Source: a virus
Lineage: Duplodnaviria; Caudoviricetes
IMG/VR virus record: IMGVR_UViG_3300044557_000185
Span: 32,001-96,000 of that record
Length of the DNA stretch: 64,000 bases
Strand: one strand, 5' to 3'
The notes beneath the pieces were generated by a model. The model was given only the letters and a program-made list of their open reading frames with translations. It was not told where the DNA came from and made no database searches. The position numbers and the translations under genes were made by a program. This document shows, in pieces, positions 10,293-20,715 of the stretch; the stretch's first letter is position 1, and the number at the start of each line of letters is the position of its first letter.

Positions 10293-10558
10293 CTAGGCAT
10301 CGGCTTGCGTCACATAATAGTAGCTCATATCCCGATTGTCTTCGGCCGCTTTAGTGGCGGCTGTGCTGGCAAAATATTGAGCGTACCCCCCCCCCCCGAG
10401 TCGCTACCCTTACCGCGTAGGATAAGCGACTTAGCGCGATTCCCATACCATTGCATCATGCCGAGCGTAATCGGGTCACTCGGATTGATGGCCGTCCAAT
10501 TATGGTTCGATTCGACGGCACCAATGACGTACATGGCGTAGAGGGATTGTACTGACAT
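10293..10558 (-). pseudogene. truncated fragment of a tail lysin-like gene (copy A)
   Basis: SLYAMYVIGAVESNHNW...ITLGMMQWYG; frameshift in G12 (10386-10397); stop at 10293. Confidence 0.7.
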
Positions 10559-10578
10559 TATAGCATAATCCTTTGTGG

Positions 10579-12798
10579 CTATTTACACATCATGTAGACT
10601 GCGCCAATCTCTACCGGACTATTGGTGTCATCTGTAGCTGTATTAATTATATATGATGCATCCGTGGCTCCTGCGGGTACAACGTACGATCTAGTGCCGC
10701 TCAGCTGTACATCACTCGAAGCGGTATATGAGGCATGCACTCCCCCTATCACACCAATCACAGTATCTCCACTGTAGAATCTGATTTCCATCGTAAGGTT
10801 AGATTTTGGGGTTTGGTATTTTGCATACGTTCTCATCGTAATATGTTGTCCGGGGTAGACCCTGCATCTTGCTGTCTGCAAAATCTTGTTATCGGAACTA
10901 TCATTTGAATAAATGGTTGTTATACCATATTTACTCCACTTGTCATCTGTAGTAGCATTTTTTGTCATAGTTGTGAGAGCTCCGGCTACCATTTTACTAA
11001 AATCGAAGCCGTTGGGTATCAGATTGTCATTTGGTGATACAAAATAAGAGTAATCCCTACGATTGTAAATATTGGAATTATTATTAGTGGATGTAATATT
11101 TTTGTTAACAATCCATTCTGTAGAAATTGTTCCTGTAATTGCATTGTCCCTTAGTGTTGCTTTCACTGCACCGGTAATGGGTTCATCCGTCGTATTCACG
11201 TCCTGCGCCATCAATATCATATTATTGCTCAGGATGAGGTTGCAACGCCAACTATCCAATTGCGAAAAATTCGTATAATTTCTCGAGAGATACTTTGACC
11301 CTTCAATATTGCATGAATCAAAAGACATCATATTGTTAGGATAATCTGTAGCTATACCTAGAACGGTCGTATTAAAATCGATTCCGCAATGGACAAAATA
11401 GGTATCAATACCACCGTAGGCGAGTAGAATTGCATAACTAGATCCACTCAAAACACAATCTTTAAAGACAATATTTTCACCGGCATTATTTCCCGAATGA
11501 AGCGTTTCGCTATTACCCAATAAAACTGCGATATCACATTTTTCGATGTTCAAATGATTAAAACTGTCAAGGAATACGTCGTATGCTCCGAGAGACAATC
11601 CTATGTGAAAATTCTTCACATGAACATCATTAAATTCACTTCTCGCCACATTGTACCAATTCGTGCCGAATATTCTATCGTCGGGACTATGTGAACCTAG
11701 GGATATCCCGATAGTGTTCCCTTTATCTAGTGAGTAAAGATAAACCCCTCCACTGAGTATAGGGCATCTCTGCCATTGCTGACTATTCACTCGATAGTCA
11801 TTGCGGTCTTGTAAAATTGTGGGGACATCACTCGTCCACTTAATGTCGATTGCAGTACCCGACCCAGCATACTTAATAATAGGTGTATTTTTAAAAATAA
11901 CGTGAACGTAAGGGGGGATTTGTATGGTGTCATTAATTAAGTAAATTCCACCATTGACGACAAGTGTATCGACTAGGGGCCATGAATTTTTAATAGAATT
12001 AATAGCAGATGAAAAATTGTTATCTGAGCTGTTTTGTCCAGTTTTGTCTGGCAAAAAATCGTCAAAAAGTATTTCTGGCTTAAGAATTTTGATCTGGCTG
12101 TCAACGGTACCGAGCTTACTGTCGACGTAGTTCTTAGTAGCGGCTGAATCGCTTCTAGTGGGATCGGCGACATGTGTTATCTCTCTTTGCAGACTTGAAT
12201 CGACATATCTGACTTCAGGGTCAATTGTATCGTTGACATGTCTTTGATACATCTGAAGCAATGCTGCTTGCTGCATTCTATTCCATGAATCTTCTGAATA
12301 GATGCCGAGCGAAGATAATGAAACAGTATTAGTGAATGTTTTACCGGAATCTACAGCTATAGATATAGTGAATGGTTCTGCTTTTGCTTTCAATATGCAG
12401 AACCATGAATCGTAGTCAGCGCTATTAGCATCAGAATGTGCAAAAGCTGCATAATTCGATACGCTTGGATTTCTTATGCCTGCGTAAAGATTCATGACTT
12501 TGTCATTCTGATCTTTAGGGCAAGCTGCTGTCAAGACTACGTAGAGATCATCTCCAGAATTGACGCCATTTTCAACGCCCAAAGATATTCTCGGAGGTAT
12601 TTCTGCTATGACGTCAACAGATTTGTCTGCAAAAGTGTCTTTGAATTTTGGCGTATATGATATGTCTATAGCAAACTGATTGTCGTTGACATTATTGTCT
12701 ACAGCGTTAAAAAGATAAAGATTACTATTTATAGAGCAATTGACTGCTTTCAATCTATCTGATTTTGGAAGTATGACATGCATATTTTTTGCGTCCAT
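10579..12798 (-). CDS. chimeric receptor-binding protein/tailspike (pectin-lyase-like beta-helix)
   Basis: N-terminal native module, DPT..DAATKNYVD linker, Asn/Ile-rich beta-helix-like body. Confidence 0.7.
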   Translation of the reverse strand: MDAKNMHVILPKSDRLKAVNCSINSNLYLFNAVDNNVNDNQFAIDISYTPKFKDTFADKSVDVIAEIPPRISLGVENGVNSGDDLYVVLTAACPKDQNDKVMNLYAGIRNPSVSNYAAFAHSDANSADYDSWFCILKAKAEPFTISIAVDSGKTFTNTVSLSSLGIYSEDSWNRMQQAALLQMYQRHVNDTIDPEVRYVDSSLQREITHVADPTRSDSAATKNYVDSKLGTVDSQIKILKPEILFDDFLPDKTGQNSSDNNFSSAINSIKNSWPLVDTLVVNGGIYLINDTIQIPPYVHVIFKNTPIIKYAGSGTAIDIKWTSDVPTILQDRNDYRVNSQQWQRCPILSGGVYLYSLDKGNTIGISLGSHSPDDRIFGTNWYNVARSEFNDVHVKNFHIGLSLGAYDVFLDSFNHLNIEKCDIAVLLGNSETLHSGNNAGENIVFKDCVLSGSSYAILLAYGGIDTYFVHCGIDFNTTVLGIATDYPNNMMSFDSCNIEGSKYLSRNYTNFSQLDSWRCNLILSNNMILMAQDVNTTDEPITGAVKATLRDNAITGTISTEWIVNKNITSTNNNSNIYNRRDYSYFVSPNDNLIPNGFDFSKMVAGALTTMTKNATTDDKWSKYGITTIYSNDSSDNKILQTARCRVYPGQHITMRTYAKYQTPKSNLTMEIRFYSGDTVIGVIGGVHASYTASSDVQLSGTRSYVVPAGATDASYIINTATDDTNSPVEIGAVYMMCK

Positions 12799-12979
12799 TT
12801 CTATATGTATATATCTTAATATCGATTATATCATGCAAGTGCTACTAGCAATCACAATGTATAATCTGCATATACAAGAAGTACACGGCTTCATACACCT
12901 GCATAAACTACATGCAGCGTGATAATGCAAAGTACGTGCTTGTAGCTGACTACTTGCATGTACTACATGCCATTCATAT

Positions 12980-13443
12980 CTACGCTGGCGCATCACTCGA
13001 TTGAAACGCGTACATTGGCCTTTGATGATATATACTCATGAATAAAATACTTTGTTGTATGTTTGCTTCAGGGATACCGTTTTGATTGCAGACGTTAGCA
13101 TAGTTATTGTAGTCGCCGTCCCATGTGGCTTGCTGGAACTGGTGGTTTTCGTCGCGCTGTGACCACGCGGCCCAAGCGTTAGCGTCTACGTCTGTTACGT
13201 AGCATCCGTTCCAGGCGTACGAATTGTTTTCCACTGCCGTCGCCAGCGAGGGCGTGGCGGCTTTGAATGCCGCCCACCCTGTTGGGTCGCTGGTTCTGCC
13301 GAGATTAAGTAGGTTGTATGCTAGTGTGCCGTACAATTGCATCATGCCAAGCGTAATTAGGCGCCGCGATTGACAGCAGACCAATTATGGTTAGATTCGA
13401 CTTGTCCAATAACGTACATGGCGTAGAGCGATCGATTAGGAAT
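12980..13443 (-). pseudogene. truncated, frameshifted tail lysin-like gene (copy B)
   Basis: RSLYAMYVIGQVESNHNW, then a frameshift into ITLGMMQLYG; no ATG at the aligned start; homologous to copy A. Confidence 0.7.
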
Positions 13444-13560
13444 GATTGACTAGAGCGCCACTCCGTCTTTTGTCGTCACTGCAACGTTGTCCGTCGTGGG
13501 CGGCGGCTCAGGCCAAGCAGAAATCGGTACGACTAAGCACAGTTAGTCGGCGTGCAATCT

Positions 13561-15213
13561 TTAATATATGTTTATTTCTGATCCTGGAACGTATGAATCT
13601 GTGTATAGTGATGGCAGAGTTAAAACTGTAGATGTTGACATTGAATCTATAATTTTCATTCCAACTGTACTATAACTGAAATCAGTATCGCTTGTATTTT
13701 TTATATACATGTAATGCCTTTTATTCTTTAAAAATGTGCCAATTTTCATTCCTGTTACACCATTTATAACATTGACACTTTTTATAATGTCACTTACAAT
13801 TGCAGTAAAAGTCAGGTTGCTTAATACAATTTTTAGTGTTGCTTCTCCAGCATATGCTTCTGTATGCCCGATTACATAAGTTGATCCAGCATTTATGTTA
13901 TTGGCTACGCTAGATATTATGCTTGAATCGCCTATAATTGATTGCTGTAGATTTGAAACATCATCATAATTTGTTTTGTTATTGATATAATCAATTATTA
14001 ATTTGTTTGGCTCCAAAAATCCACTTGCGGGTATTATTGTATCAGCTACAACATAATTAATTTTTGTACTATCAGTGCAATTAAGCTGGTATCCTATGTT
14101 TCCTACTGATTTTAGTTTGCTATTTGCGCCAATATTATATATTACTGTTGCCATGTTGTTAGGCGCTTGCGAGTATATCCAATTACCTGTAACTGATATT
14201 TCAGCTGCGTTATTCGCATTAGTGTGAATAAGTGTGTTCCATGAGTCGAAATAATTTCCGCTGGCCGAAACTATGGCAGTCCAAGTCATGCTACCGCATT
14301 CTATTGCAGTATATATGACATTATCTTTCCGCGTACCACTCCATAGATAATTACCATACATTAATATGGCACCATTAGCTAGTACACCTGTGCTAGCTTG
14401 GAAAATTTTATTACCAATAATTTGCGAATCCGCACCAATAGAAATTGCTGTCCTAGGCGTGTCCGGATTGTAGGACGTTTGCAAAATGTAATTACCAGCA
14501 ATATATGAAGAATGCGATGATGGTACATTTATGCCAATAGTGAGATAATCGTATATACTAGTATTTATAACTCGCGTAGTGCCATTAATAGTTGTTATTG
14601 CGCTATTTGCAAGATTATTGCAATTGTATAATCCGCCATTAAATTCTAATTTTTGTGCGTGCCAGTCTGCGGGAGTACCTATTTCGGTGAATATGCTAGA
14701 CATAGCAGAGTTTGCTATAAATTCAGCGCCAATGTCAGCATTTATTGAAAACTTTGTACGTTTTGTGGAATCTATTGTTATTGATTCTGATATTATATAT
14801 TTCCTAGCCGGGAAATACAATCCGTTTACATTCGTATCATTTATTGCTGTCTGGATTATATCAGTAACATCTATAGTGTCATCATTATTAACAATGTAAT
14901 GCATTATGTTTCCAAGTAATCCATTATTTGCTATTTCACCCAAATCTGTTACGTTATCTTTCAGACTTGAAACCGAATCAGCATACCGTTGCACATCATT
15001 GCGGTACTGCTCAATTTGCGCGTTGTAATTCCCGGTTTCCGCCCAATAAGCGGCGCTATTGATATCAATTCCAGCTGGCACTGCTTGCTTTGACGTATAC
15101 GAATTGCCCTGATTAGTCACGATTGTCAAAGCTTCGTACGCTTTTGTATTGTCCCATTCTGCAGGATCAGCGAACTTTGGAACGTATCTGTCGCCAATGT
15201 ATTCTACAGCCAT
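13561..15213 (-). CDS. receptor-binding protein/tailspike with podophage-type N-terminus
   Basis: YIGDRYVPKFADPAEWD..YEALTIV..QGNSYTS..VP..WAETGNYNAQ anchor plus beta-helix-like body. Confidence 0.75.
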   Translation of the reverse strand: MAVEYIGDRYVPKFADPAEWDNTKAYEALTIVTNQGNSYTSKQAVPAGIDINSAAYWAETGNYNAQIEQYRNDVQRYADSVSSLKDNVTDLGEIANNGLLGNIMHYIVNNDDTIDVTDIIQTAINDTNVNGLYFPARKYIISESITIDSTKRTKFSINADIGAEFIANSAMSSIFTEIGTPADWHAQKLEFNGGLYNCNNLANSAITTINGTTRVINTSIYDYLTIGINVPSSHSSYIAGNYILQTSYNPDTPRTAISIGADSQIIGNKIFQASTGVLANGAILMYGNYLWSGTRKDNVIYTAIECGSMTWTAIVSASGNYFDSWNTLIHTNANNAAEISVTGNWIYSQAPNNMATVIYNIGANSKLKSVGNIGYQLNCTDSTKINYVVADTIIPASGFLEPNKLIIDYINNKTNYDDVSNLQQSIIGDSSIISSVANNINAGSTYVIGHTEAYAGEATLKIVLSNLTFTAIVSDIIKSVNVINGVTGMKIGTFLKNKRHYMYIKNTSDTDFSYSTVGMKIIDSMSTSTVLTLPSLYTDSYVPGSEINIY

Positions 15214-15214
15214 T

Positions 15215-17800
15215 TCATTCTCCTATCTTATTGATTGTAAGCTTGCCAAAGTCTTGACTAGAGCTGTCAGATACTGTGCTGAAATCATATCCGTCATATC
15301 CAGTTATTTCGAATTGCATTCTGCCATCATCATTTATCTTAGCTCTTACATATCCTATTTCATTGAATTGATACGGATTGCTTTGTACTAATTCAGCATA
15401 TACTTCATCTCCATCAAAACCTGCTATGCTGCTATCAAGAGCTTCTGAAACTCTAGAGCTAGAAGACAGAAACAGCTCTTTGACATATACCATGCAGCTT
15501 GCAGATGAATCATTCTGCAAGAAGTCGAAGTCGATCTTCACCCATCCATCATTTGAGACATTTCCAGAAAGATCTACAAGCTTACAGTTCGTATTCAAGC
15601 TAATGCTGTCTGTCTTGATAGTATTAGCATTAGAATCATTTCCAGCTTGAATAGACACAGTTCCCGTACATGGAGAAGTAGACATGATACTGCATAGCAA
15701 TCTGATCGAATCATTTGCATTGACTGGCATTATGCGAGATATAGCATCAAAATTCGTAGCAGAAAGACTTCCTCCATATGAGAATCCAAAGCTTTTAGTC
15801 TTGTTCGTTGGCATTACTACTACACTGTTCGATACTGATACTGACGAATTAGCATGTGATTTCAGGAACTGTATCGTCTTAGGCTTAGGAGATGGTATAA
15901 GATTGATCAGGTCTTCACTGTTAGCTTTCACTGTCACTTTGACTTGAGATGACCACGGACTGAAGTTGTCATTCAATGACTTAGTCTGAATTCTGATATA
16001 GTTGTCACCCACTGAATGAAACGCATACATGAAGCTGCTGACAGACGCATAGTCTTCATTGAACTGCAATGCATATACTTTGCTACCATCAGTGACTTCT
16101 ATTTTGCTTACTTCATTGTTTGTGCCGTCTGTGATGTTTGGCGTCCATGATATTGTGACTATGTCTCCAAAATTGACAGTACTATTGCTTATTGCTACAG
16201 TTGGAGCTGCTGGAGGCGTGCTTGTGACTGCTATATTAGATATCGTATAGTCTGAAGTCATGACAGATGAAAGACTGTCATCTACTACTGGCCTTACAGC
16301 AGCTGCTCTGTATCGTATGCTGCCAATCAGGTGAGATGTGTCAACCCAAGAGCCAGATATGTTAGACGCTACTCTAGACCAGTTATCGCCATCTATTGTT
16401 CTGTCGATATTGATCAAACTTGCATTTGACGACGAAATGTTAGCAGAGACAGTCGCATTCTTGCTAGCATCTATGCTTGCTGTGACAGCTATTGGTTTCG
16501 CAGGAAAGTTAGATATGATGCTAGAAACAGTATCGGAACTAGTTCCAGCGTCATTCGATACATTCAGCTTGTACTGATATCTAGCATTCGGATCATGACT
16601 AGAATCTGTGAATGAAGTATTTGATGCTGATGCAGAGTAGATAAGCTTCCAATCAGAAAATGACGACTTGCCTATCGACTCTTTGCTATAAAGACTAACG
16701 TTATCCCATGGAGCAGACACTGAGCTAGATGAAGACCATGATATCGTAATAGAGTCTTCATCGTTCTTGACTGCTTTGAAGCTAGCAGGAGGATTTGGTG
16801 GCAGTATAGCCTGAATCTCTTCAGTTGAAGACCACGGTGAATAAAGCGCTGGACCAGCATCTGAGTATGTATTCCTGAAGCATCTGACTTGATACTGTAC
16901 TTTGCCTGCTGGAGCGCTAGAGTCTGTATACGACGAGCCCGAGATATTGCTGCTTACAGATGACCAGTCTCCACCATTCAGTCGTCTTTGCAGCTGCCAT
17001 TGCGAGCAGTACGTGTTTGAAAGATCGACAGATACCTTTACTGAATTGTAAGAAAGCTTAGTAGCAGAAACTGACGCTGGAGCATATGGTGTAGTATAGA
17101 CTTCTCTTGTATTGACATGAGTAGACGCTCCAGCTTGATTGACAGCGTATATAGAGAACTGAGACTTCTGATTAGCTCTGAAGCCATTGAATTTGTACGA
17201 TGTAGCAGACCATGTCAATGTCTGCTCTGGATAGCCAGGTCTGCTGTTCCAAGCTCCGTAGTCATTTCCATCAGAGCCAGCCCTAGAGCCTACTCTTATG
17301 CTTTTCCATGGTTTGAGAGCATTATTGTCATAATTGAGAGACCATGTAAGCGTAGATGCAGAATCATCATTCCTATTGATATGAACATTTGTTGGCGGAT
17401 TTGGTGTCTTGTAGTTTATGCCACCAAGCGTGAAGAAAGCGTGATTGCCAGAAAATCCGTTTGCATAGCCTCCGTTCATCCTTACGAAAGCATCTACCAT
17501 TATGCTTCTAGAATTGTCAGTCTTCTTTATGTAGAAATCATGCGAAAGCATTGTAAGCGTGCCACCATTGCCGCCTACTTGTATCGAGCCGACACCTACT
17601 TCTCCAGTATCTTGGCCATCGCATGATACATGAGCAGAATTGCCATACGATACTGAAAACGAGTATGAAGCCTGCCACAAAGCTTGCACTCTAACCCACA
17701 TGCCAGTGTCAGATTCTGATAGCGTCTGAGCATGCACACCAGCGCGCCAAGCGCTATATCCACTAGAAGTATATCCACCCCATACGCCTACCTCAGCCAT
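15215..17800 (-). CDS. tail protein with fibronectin-III-like repeats
   Basis: PNPP..., ITISW and YQYK FnIII patterns. Confidence 0.7.
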   Translation of the reverse strand: MAEVGVWGGYTSSGYSAWRAGVHAQTLSESDTGMWVRVQALWQASYSFSVSYGNSAHVSCDGQDTGEVGVGSIQVGGNGGTLTMLSHDFYIKKTDNSRSIMVDAFVRMNGGYANGFSGNHAFFTLGGINYKTPNPPTNVHINRNDDSASTLTWSLNYDNNALKPWKSIRVGSRAGSDGNDYGAWNSRPGYPEQTLTWSATSYKFNGFRANQKSQFSIYAVNQAGASTHVNTREVYTTPYAPASVSATKLSYNSVKVSVDLSNTYCSQWQLQRRLNGGDWSSVSSNISGSSYTDSSAPAGKVQYQVRCFRNTYSDAGPALYSPWSSTEEIQAILPPNPPASFKAVKNDEDSITISWSSSSSVSAPWDNVSLYSKESIGKSSFSDWKLIYSASASNTSFTDSSHDPNARYQYKLNVSNDAGTSSDTVSSIISNFPAKPIAVTASIDASKNATVSANISSSNASLINIDRTIDGDNWSRVASNISGSWVDTSHLIGSIRYRAAAVRPVVDDSLSSVMTSDYTISNIAVTSTPPAAPTVAISNSTVNFGDIVTISWTPNITDGTNNEVSKIEVTDGSKVYALQFNEDYASVSSFMYAFHSVGDNYIRIQTKSLNDNFSPWSSQVKVTVKANSEDLINLIPSPKPKTIQFLKSHANSSVSVSNSVVVMPTNKTKSFGFSYGGSLSATNFDAISRIMPVNANDSIRLLCSIMSTSPCTGTVSIQAGNDSNANTIKTDSISLNTNCKLVDLSGNVSNDGWVKIDFDFLQNDSSASCMVYVKELFLSSSSRVSEALDSSIAGFDGDEVYAELVQSNPYQFNEIGYVRAKINDDGRMQFEITGYDGYDFSTVSDSSSQDFGKLTINKIGE

Positions 17801-17815
17801 GATTTTGCCTCTATT

Positions 17816-18292
17816 CTATGCAACGGTAGGTACAGCTTCAGGAGCTCTATCAAGTTCATATCTATTGCCATTGATGTACGTCACATATAATGCTTTCAGA
17901 TCTTGCCAGTCTGCTTGAGTGCACAATATGATATCTGTAAACTCTACAGCATCGCCTGCTGTATTACCAGACTTGATTGAGATTCTATCAACATTGCCTG
18001 TAAAATCGATATCGAACTCTCCTCCTGCGAAAGTATTTGATATACCAAATTTGTCTGACCAAATATATAGATCTGGTTTTGTAGTGACTTTGACGAAATT
18101 GACATTACAATGGAAATGATAGCTTGCACTTGGAAGATTCAAAGTTATGTTGTTGTCAGGAGACGAAGTATTCGTGACTAGCGTGTCTATATGATAGCCA
18201 CGATCTATATCTGAAACTTTCGTATTAGAAGTAGACGATACAGATGCTGCAAGTGGATTAGTGAATAGATTAGTGTAAGTCTTCTGCATCAT
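17816..18292 (-). CDS. single-module tail-associated protein
   Basis: NLFTNP...ILCTQADWQDL, same module family as 7965..9605. Confidence 0.6.
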   Translation of the reverse strand: MMQKTYTNLFTNPLAASVSSTSNTKVSDIDRGYHIDTLVTNTSSPDNNITLNLPSASYHFHCNVNFVKVTTKPDLYIWSDKFGISNTFAGGEFDIDFTGNVDRISIKSGNTAGDAVEFTDIILCTQADWQDLKALYVTYINGNRYELDRAPEAVPTVA

Positions 18293-20241
18293 ATCACCTG
18301 ATACTGAACTGTAAGAGTGCTTGCAGATGCATTAGCTGCACCTGTCCATGCTGTAGCAAATGGAGTTGTAGCATCGACTTCATATGATTCCAATCCTCTG
18401 CCTATTGACAGCTCGTTCTCTTTCATAGCTATAGAGTCATCACCAAGAGCTATGGAATGCTTGTATCCTGAATATCCACCAATAGAGCTTGTCTTGGCGA
18501 CATGACGTTCATTGCCATCTTCATCCTGGACGATGTCATATTCTATGAAGCCAGGCGCTTTTTCTGTCAGCTCTATTCTACCCCATATGCATTGTGCAGA
18601 TTCTGCATTCAAGAACTGATTAGTATCGTTCTCAGGAGTATTCAAGTATATCGTGTAGACGTAATGAGCATCGTATTCCGTAGAAAGCTTATTGTCTATG
18701 AAACCTTGAGATTGCGATGCATTTTCTATGCCAAGCCATGAAGTGTAGATTGTCTGACCAGATTCAGTACGTACCTCTCTGACTTTGAATGGAGATCTAG
18801 CTAATACGAATGTTCCTACAGATGTGCCTATGATAGATCGTATTGGATCATTAGCTTTTCCAGAACCTTTTATAGTGACGCCATCGACAGCAATAGCCAT
18901 ATTGCCAGAAAGAGTGTCAATGTAGTGCTTGTTGACAGCATCGAAGTCATCTGACGGATCATTGACATTTGACAAGCGACGTCTCAATGACGTGGAAGCA
19001 TCACCAAATGACACTTGAAGAGGATCTGTCGTCTTTGATTCATTGCCAATAGCTACTGAATTCTGACTTGCTGCAGCGTCTTTTCCTATAGCTACTGAAT
19101 CAGTTGCAGATGCATTGTCTCCTATTGCTGTTCCATTGCTAGCATTGACTCCAGATCCGAAAGCTACTGAGCCAGAAGCTGTTATGTTCGAGCCTACAGC
19201 TGTAGAGTTAGAAGTATTTGAGTCTGTTCCTGCCAGTATGTTGACGAACTGCTTGTTAGCTGCAGCTAATGCAGATTCTTTAGCTAAAGCATAAGTAGTC
19301 ATTGCTATGCCGCTAGCAGACAATGGCGAGTTAGTTATAGACGTCTCGTCTACAGCTTTCCAGTCTACTTTTCTATTAGCGTAGTCTGTAAGATTTGCAT
19401 TCAGAGTCTCTATGTCTGAAGCGTTCTTAGATACAGATGTGTTCAGATCGCTAAGCTTCTGATTTGATGATACTGTCTGTCCATTGCTGAATACAGCAAG
19501 ATCACCATCAGCTGCAGAAGAGTCTTTGTCTTGCTTCTTAGCGTAGTTAGTCTGAAGCACAGACACTGCTTTATTCAGAGTATCTAAGTCTGTCTGCTTA
19601 GCAAGAGTAGATATGGCGATCATCGTCTGATTGCCGTTGTCGTCTGTAGCATACATTGAATTCTGAGAGCTAGACAGATGCAGCACTTCGCTGTCTTTAG
19701 CTATGTTGGCAAGATTGACTACGCCATCAGATATCGGCACAGCAATGCCACCAACTTGTATCTGCTGCACTCCCTTTAGTGAAGCTATGTCATATACAGT
19801 TTGCTTGCCATTAGCATCTGTGCCGTAGATCATGTTAGCCATGTCAGTAGTGACAAGCATAGAAGTCATGTTTATGACAGCCACATTGTTCTTGACTACA
19901 GAAGCGCCATTGACTACTACATCTGCTACAGCATTAGCATTGCCGTACTGGAATACGATAGCATTAGAAGCTTGACCGCCATCTGTAGATGGATTGACTA
20001 CAAATACGCTGAATGGCGGAGTGAATGTTATAGGGTCTGCTACGATTATGTCAGATGCTTCTCTAGTCACTGACCTTACTGCAAGTTGCTCTAGCTTGTC
20101 ATCGACTGAAACGAATACTTGCGCATCGTCATCAAATCCTGAGCCTACAAGAGAGCACACTTCTGCGCCAAGTATGACAGACATTAGTCTCAGACCATTG
20201 TCATACTGCAATGGTCTTATGTATGTCGTATCACTAGCCAT
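18289..20241 (-). CDS. tail fibre with YadA-like head/neck repeats
   Basis: STAVG/SVAFG/GTAIG/SVAIG repeats; VSFG...RRLSNV..P.DDFDAVNK neck motif. Confidence 0.75.
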   Translation of the reverse strand: MASDTTYIRPLQYDNGLRLMSVILGAEVCSLVGSGFDDDAQVFVSVDDKLEQLAVRSVTREASDIIVADPITFTPPFSVFVVNPSTDGGQASNAIVFQYGNANAVADVVVNGASVVKNNVAVINMTSMLVTTDMANMIYGTDANGKQTVYDIASLKGVQQIQVGGIAVPISDGVVNLANIAKDSEVLHLSSSQNSMYATDDNGNQTMIAISTLAKQTDLDTLNKAVSVLQTNYAKKQDKDSSAADGDLAVFSNGQTVSSNQKLSDLNTSVSKNASDIETLNANLTDYANRKVDWKAVDETSITNSPLSASGIAMTTYALAKESALAAANKQFVNILAGTDSNTSNSTAVGSNITASGSVAFGSGVNASNGTAIGDNASATDSVAIGKDAAASQNSVAIGNESKTTDPLQVSFGDASTSLRRRLSNVNDPSDDFDAVNKHYIDTLSGNMAIAVDGVTIKGSGKANDPIRSIIGTSVGTFVLARSPFKVREVRTESGQTIYTSWLGIENASQSQGFIDNKLSTEYDAHYVYTIYLNTPENDTNQFLNAESAQCIWGRIELTEKAPGFIEYDIVQDEDGNERHVAKTSSIGGYSGYKHSIALGDDSIAMKENELSIGRGLESYEVDATTPFATAWTGAANASASTLTVQYQVI

Positions 20242-20324
20242 TTGATTCTGTCACCTTTTTGTGTTTGCCATCTTTATATGATTATATCAAAGATATGTTT
20301 TGATTGCAGTAGTAGTCGATATTA

Positions 20325-20409
20325 ATGACGTTGTTCTCTGTTGATACAAAATTTTAGTATATATAATTATATACATTCTATACTAGATGTTCACAGAGAT
20401 AAACGTGAT
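20325..20409. repeat. 86-bp-family palindrome, copy 3 (85 bp)
   Basis: ATGACGTTGTTCTCTG...TATATAATTATATA...CACAGAGATAAACGTGAT. Confidence 0.93.
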
Positions 20410-20445
20410 GATTCTGATGATATACTGAATGACATTCTAATATCA

Positions 20446-20715
20446 TTATCTATCATTCTCTACTTCTTTTAGTCTAGAGTCTATTCTGTCTATAGACTTA
20501 GACATAGAATCGATCTTGCCATTCATTAGTATAAGCATGTCTGTCATAAGACTAACTTGCTTCTCTTCATCAATATCAGAATCGTCTTTTTCATGCCATT
20601 TGTAGCTATGCTTCGGAACGTCTCTGTTTTGCTTGCTAGACCATACTGAAAGAAAAGAGAATATTGCTGTTACTAAAGCTGTCAGCAAAGAAGATGACAA
20701 TATAGTCTGCATCAT
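20446..20715 (-). CDS. small membrane-anchored coiled-coil protein
   Basis: N-terminal hydrophobic helix, heptad-like tail. Confidence 0.6.
   Translation of the reverse strand: MMQTILSSSLLTALVTAIFSFLSVWSSKQNRDVPKHSYKWHEKDDSDIDEEKQVSLMTDMLILMNGKIDSMSKSIDRIDSRLKEVENDR

Noticed and set aside
13445-13560. GC-rich intergenic stretch with a CGACTAA/TTAGTCG hairpin as a ribozyme
   Set aside because: No catalytic consensus was recognised. It is probably donor-phage intergenic DNA.
7965-15213. Diversity-generating retroelement or invertase shufflon in the fibre region
   Set aside because: No reverse transcriptase, no adenine-specific TR/VR pair, no recombinase and no inverted cassettes were seen.
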